A DNA stretch of 64,000 nucleotides, taken from contig NMRA01000015.1 of NCBI GenBank assembly GCA_002633005.1, positions 256,054-320,053 of the forward strand, in the 5' to 3' direction. The notes beneath the pieces were generated by a model. That model worked only from the letters and a program-made list of their open reading frames with translations, made no database searches and was not told where the DNA came from. The DNA is from Phoronis australis. Its lineage: Eukaryota > Animalia > Phoronida. Position 1 is the first letter of the stretch. Every line of letters starts with the position of its first letter. The translations under genes and the position numbers were made by a program. This document shows, in pieces, positions 61,832 to 64,000 of this stretch.

Positions 61832-62668
61832 ATAGAGTGACTACTTAAAATCAGCATGTTGGTCACGAGCTAGCCTTTGTGCTGCAAACAAACATGTTCC
61901 TATCATATACATATTTGACTGTAAACCCATAATCATACTTAACCCCAATCCAATAAACCAGTTCACAAACTGTTCGCCTGGCAATAAACTAAACTATATG
62001 ACACAGTGGCCAATTCCATGAAAACTATACACTTGACAATAATAAAGGCAGAACATTACGTTGAATGCCTTACTGACAACCAGCTTTAAAAAGCTCATCC
62101 ACAAAACAGGCAGCCATGAGACTGAATGTTGCTCTAGCAAAACATACCTAAACCTTTTATCCTGTTCAATGAATCCTCAACAAATTCCTCCTGGCTAAAT
62201 GAGAATATTCAGCACAATTAAACATGTTCAAAATATTCCTATTCCCAAATGAATCATCCAATATCACTAGACAAACACAAGTGTCAAAAAGCCATACATA
62301 TTTACCGGGAAGGCTAACCCTTCCAAATGTTGGTCATCTCAACTCCTAATGATAGTGGGACAGGAGATCGTTTGCTATCAGATAATCTTGTCACCAGTTT
62401 TTGGGGCTACTTACCCAATTTCATGATTAGGGCGCACGTAGTGTGGAACCATACTTTTGACTATAGGATGCACTTCATGGAATTCTAGGTGCATCACAGG
62501 TCTGGCAATGAGTGAACACCAGGGCCTACCCAACCTCTTAAATAGGGTTGAAGGCCCGCCAAAATGCATTTTATTAACTAACAGGTTCACATAAGCGACT
62601 CCTGTCACCACTGTTGACAAATCCTACTTCACATCCAGCAATTATTCACAGGAAAAGATTTAAAACAC

Positions 62669-63367
62669 TCACTGCTGCGCAACATTTGCAACTGTGTCCG
62701 AATTCATTTTCTTCAAATTTTTTCTCTTTTTGCTACTGACCTTTGAAACAACACGTCTCAGACTCTTGCTGGCATCTATGGCCAGGTTTTGTTTAATGTT
62801 ATACTTCTCTCCGATTCGTGTACTGTTCCTTACAAACAAATCACTAAACAAAGGAAACCCAGTGATGTTAGGGGCCACAGTTGTTGCCTCGGGAATTATC
62901 TCATGACCAAACAGCTCATCAGTGGAGACGAATGGTTGCCGGTTCTCCTTAAACATTTGTCCCAGGATAATGTTAAGTGCTGACTCTGCAAACCGGTGAC
63001 AGCCTGAGTAGCTGTATGGTGGCTTTCTCCTCATGGTGCAACCAGCGCGTTGCGCACCAGTTGGCCAGATGCACTCGTTGGTGAGTGCGCACTGCACCCA
63101 AGGCCGCATTAAACGGTCATGCACAGTCCGCGTGTTATAAATCATAAGGTGTTCTGTCTTCACCATGTGCTGGAAATAGTACTGGTCAGCTTTAGTGTTG
63201 AAGAACTTGTACATGCCTGGGTGGGTCAATGCTGAAGTGGGTTCGTTGCCGGTCCAAGCGGACAGCCCCACACGCTCGGCACGCCGCGTCACATTAGTCA
63301 GGTTGCCTGTGATGAACTGTTGCTTCAGCTCAGTCCAAAGTATTGCACCATACCTATCCAGGGCCAA
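62669..63367 (-). CDS. Last exon of a DUF1647-like protein (upstream exons not identified, probably beyond the window)
   Basis: TTTCAG|LALDRYGAILW...THPGMYKFF...PWVQCALTNECIWPTGAQRAGC...YSGCHRFAESALNIILGQMF. The WVxCALxxxCIxP and CHRxxxSALNIIL motifs are recalled from DUF1647. Basic low-complexity tail. Confidence 0.7.
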   Translation of the reverse strand: MALDRYGAILWTELKQQFITGNLTNVTRRAERVGLSAWTGNEPTSALTHPGMYKFFNTKADQYYFQHMVKTEHLMIYNTRTVHDRLMRPWVQCALTNECIWPTGAQRAGCTMRRKPPYSYSGCHRFAESALNIILGQMFKENRQPFVSTDELFGHEIIPEATTVAPNITGFPLFSDLFVRNSTRIGEKYNIKQNLAIDASKSLRRVVSKVSSKKRKNLKKMNSDTVANVAQQ

Positions 63368-64000
63368 CTGAAACCAAATAAAAGCAGTTAAACAATGCAC
63401 AGCAGAATATGTTAGAGATTGTGAGCACCTGTAGACAGAAATTATGTCCTTTAAAGGCATAGACCAATAAATTTATTTCCAAGGTTTGAGTTATGCACAT
63501 TGCCATATCAGCATATTGACTATTAAAATGAGTTTAAAACAAAATAATCTATAGTCTATCATATAGCGTGCTAATATCAACATAAATCACATAATCACAT
63601 TGTGTATAACCAATTAAGCACCTGCTCAATACCTCTCTAGAAGACACCGCTCCAACAGCGCTGCGTTCTGTAGACCCGACATTTACAAAAAAGCTAGTTT
63701 GATCACGTGCTTCACTTGTAATCCATGGCAATATCTCACAAAGTTCTCGCTTAGTTTCTTATGTCATCATAACACACCGCTTAGAGACAATATAATAGGA
63801 AAAAATAAATCTAACACGGGGATATTGTGGACCATGTAATACTACTGTAGAGAGGGAAGTGTTGTTAGTCACTTTCTAGAACAAATGCGAGATTCAGAAA
63901 CTATGTTACGTACAAGACAGGTACAAGTTTGGTCTAATTAGTTAGTAAAGTTTTAGCAGACTGGCAGCAGACAACACAGCCGACTGCAGAGCCTACTTTA

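Overview
AT-rich, intron- and transposon-rich animal (invertebrate-type) genomic DNA. It is not prokaryotic, so most of the ORF track is noise. I reconstructed five genes by hand. (1) The 5' half of the E3 ligase mind bomb 2 (MIB2): minus strand, 7 coding exons, 33911 down to 14241; its ankyrin/RING half was not found in the window. (2) An intronless class A GPCR (+, 11089-12105) antisense to, and probably nested in, an intron of MIB2, with a near-identical partial copy after an N gap (5837-7381). (3) An 81-aa SWI5/Sae3 recombination-mediator gene (-, 3 coding exons, 45799-42602) that the ORF track misses. (4) A beta-tubulin (+, 3 coding exons, 48780-56264) divergent from SWI5. (5) The last exon of a DUF1647-like protein (-). 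The rest is non-autonomous mobile elements and minisatellites. Two structures stand out. The first is a complete miniature LTR retrotransposon (34803-37801) with tRNA-like Pol III A/B boxes in its LTRs, a tRNA-Ser-like PBS, a PPT and a TTAC TSD (Helenus-type TRIM), interrupted by a DNA transposon. The second is a Helentron-type (HINE/DINE-1-like) family whose internal ~145-162-bp tandem units each carry a co-oriented CTCF-consensus-like motif. Two single N characters (5836, 9682) sit beside duplications that may be assembly artefacts. All family assignments come from motif recognition, not database searches.
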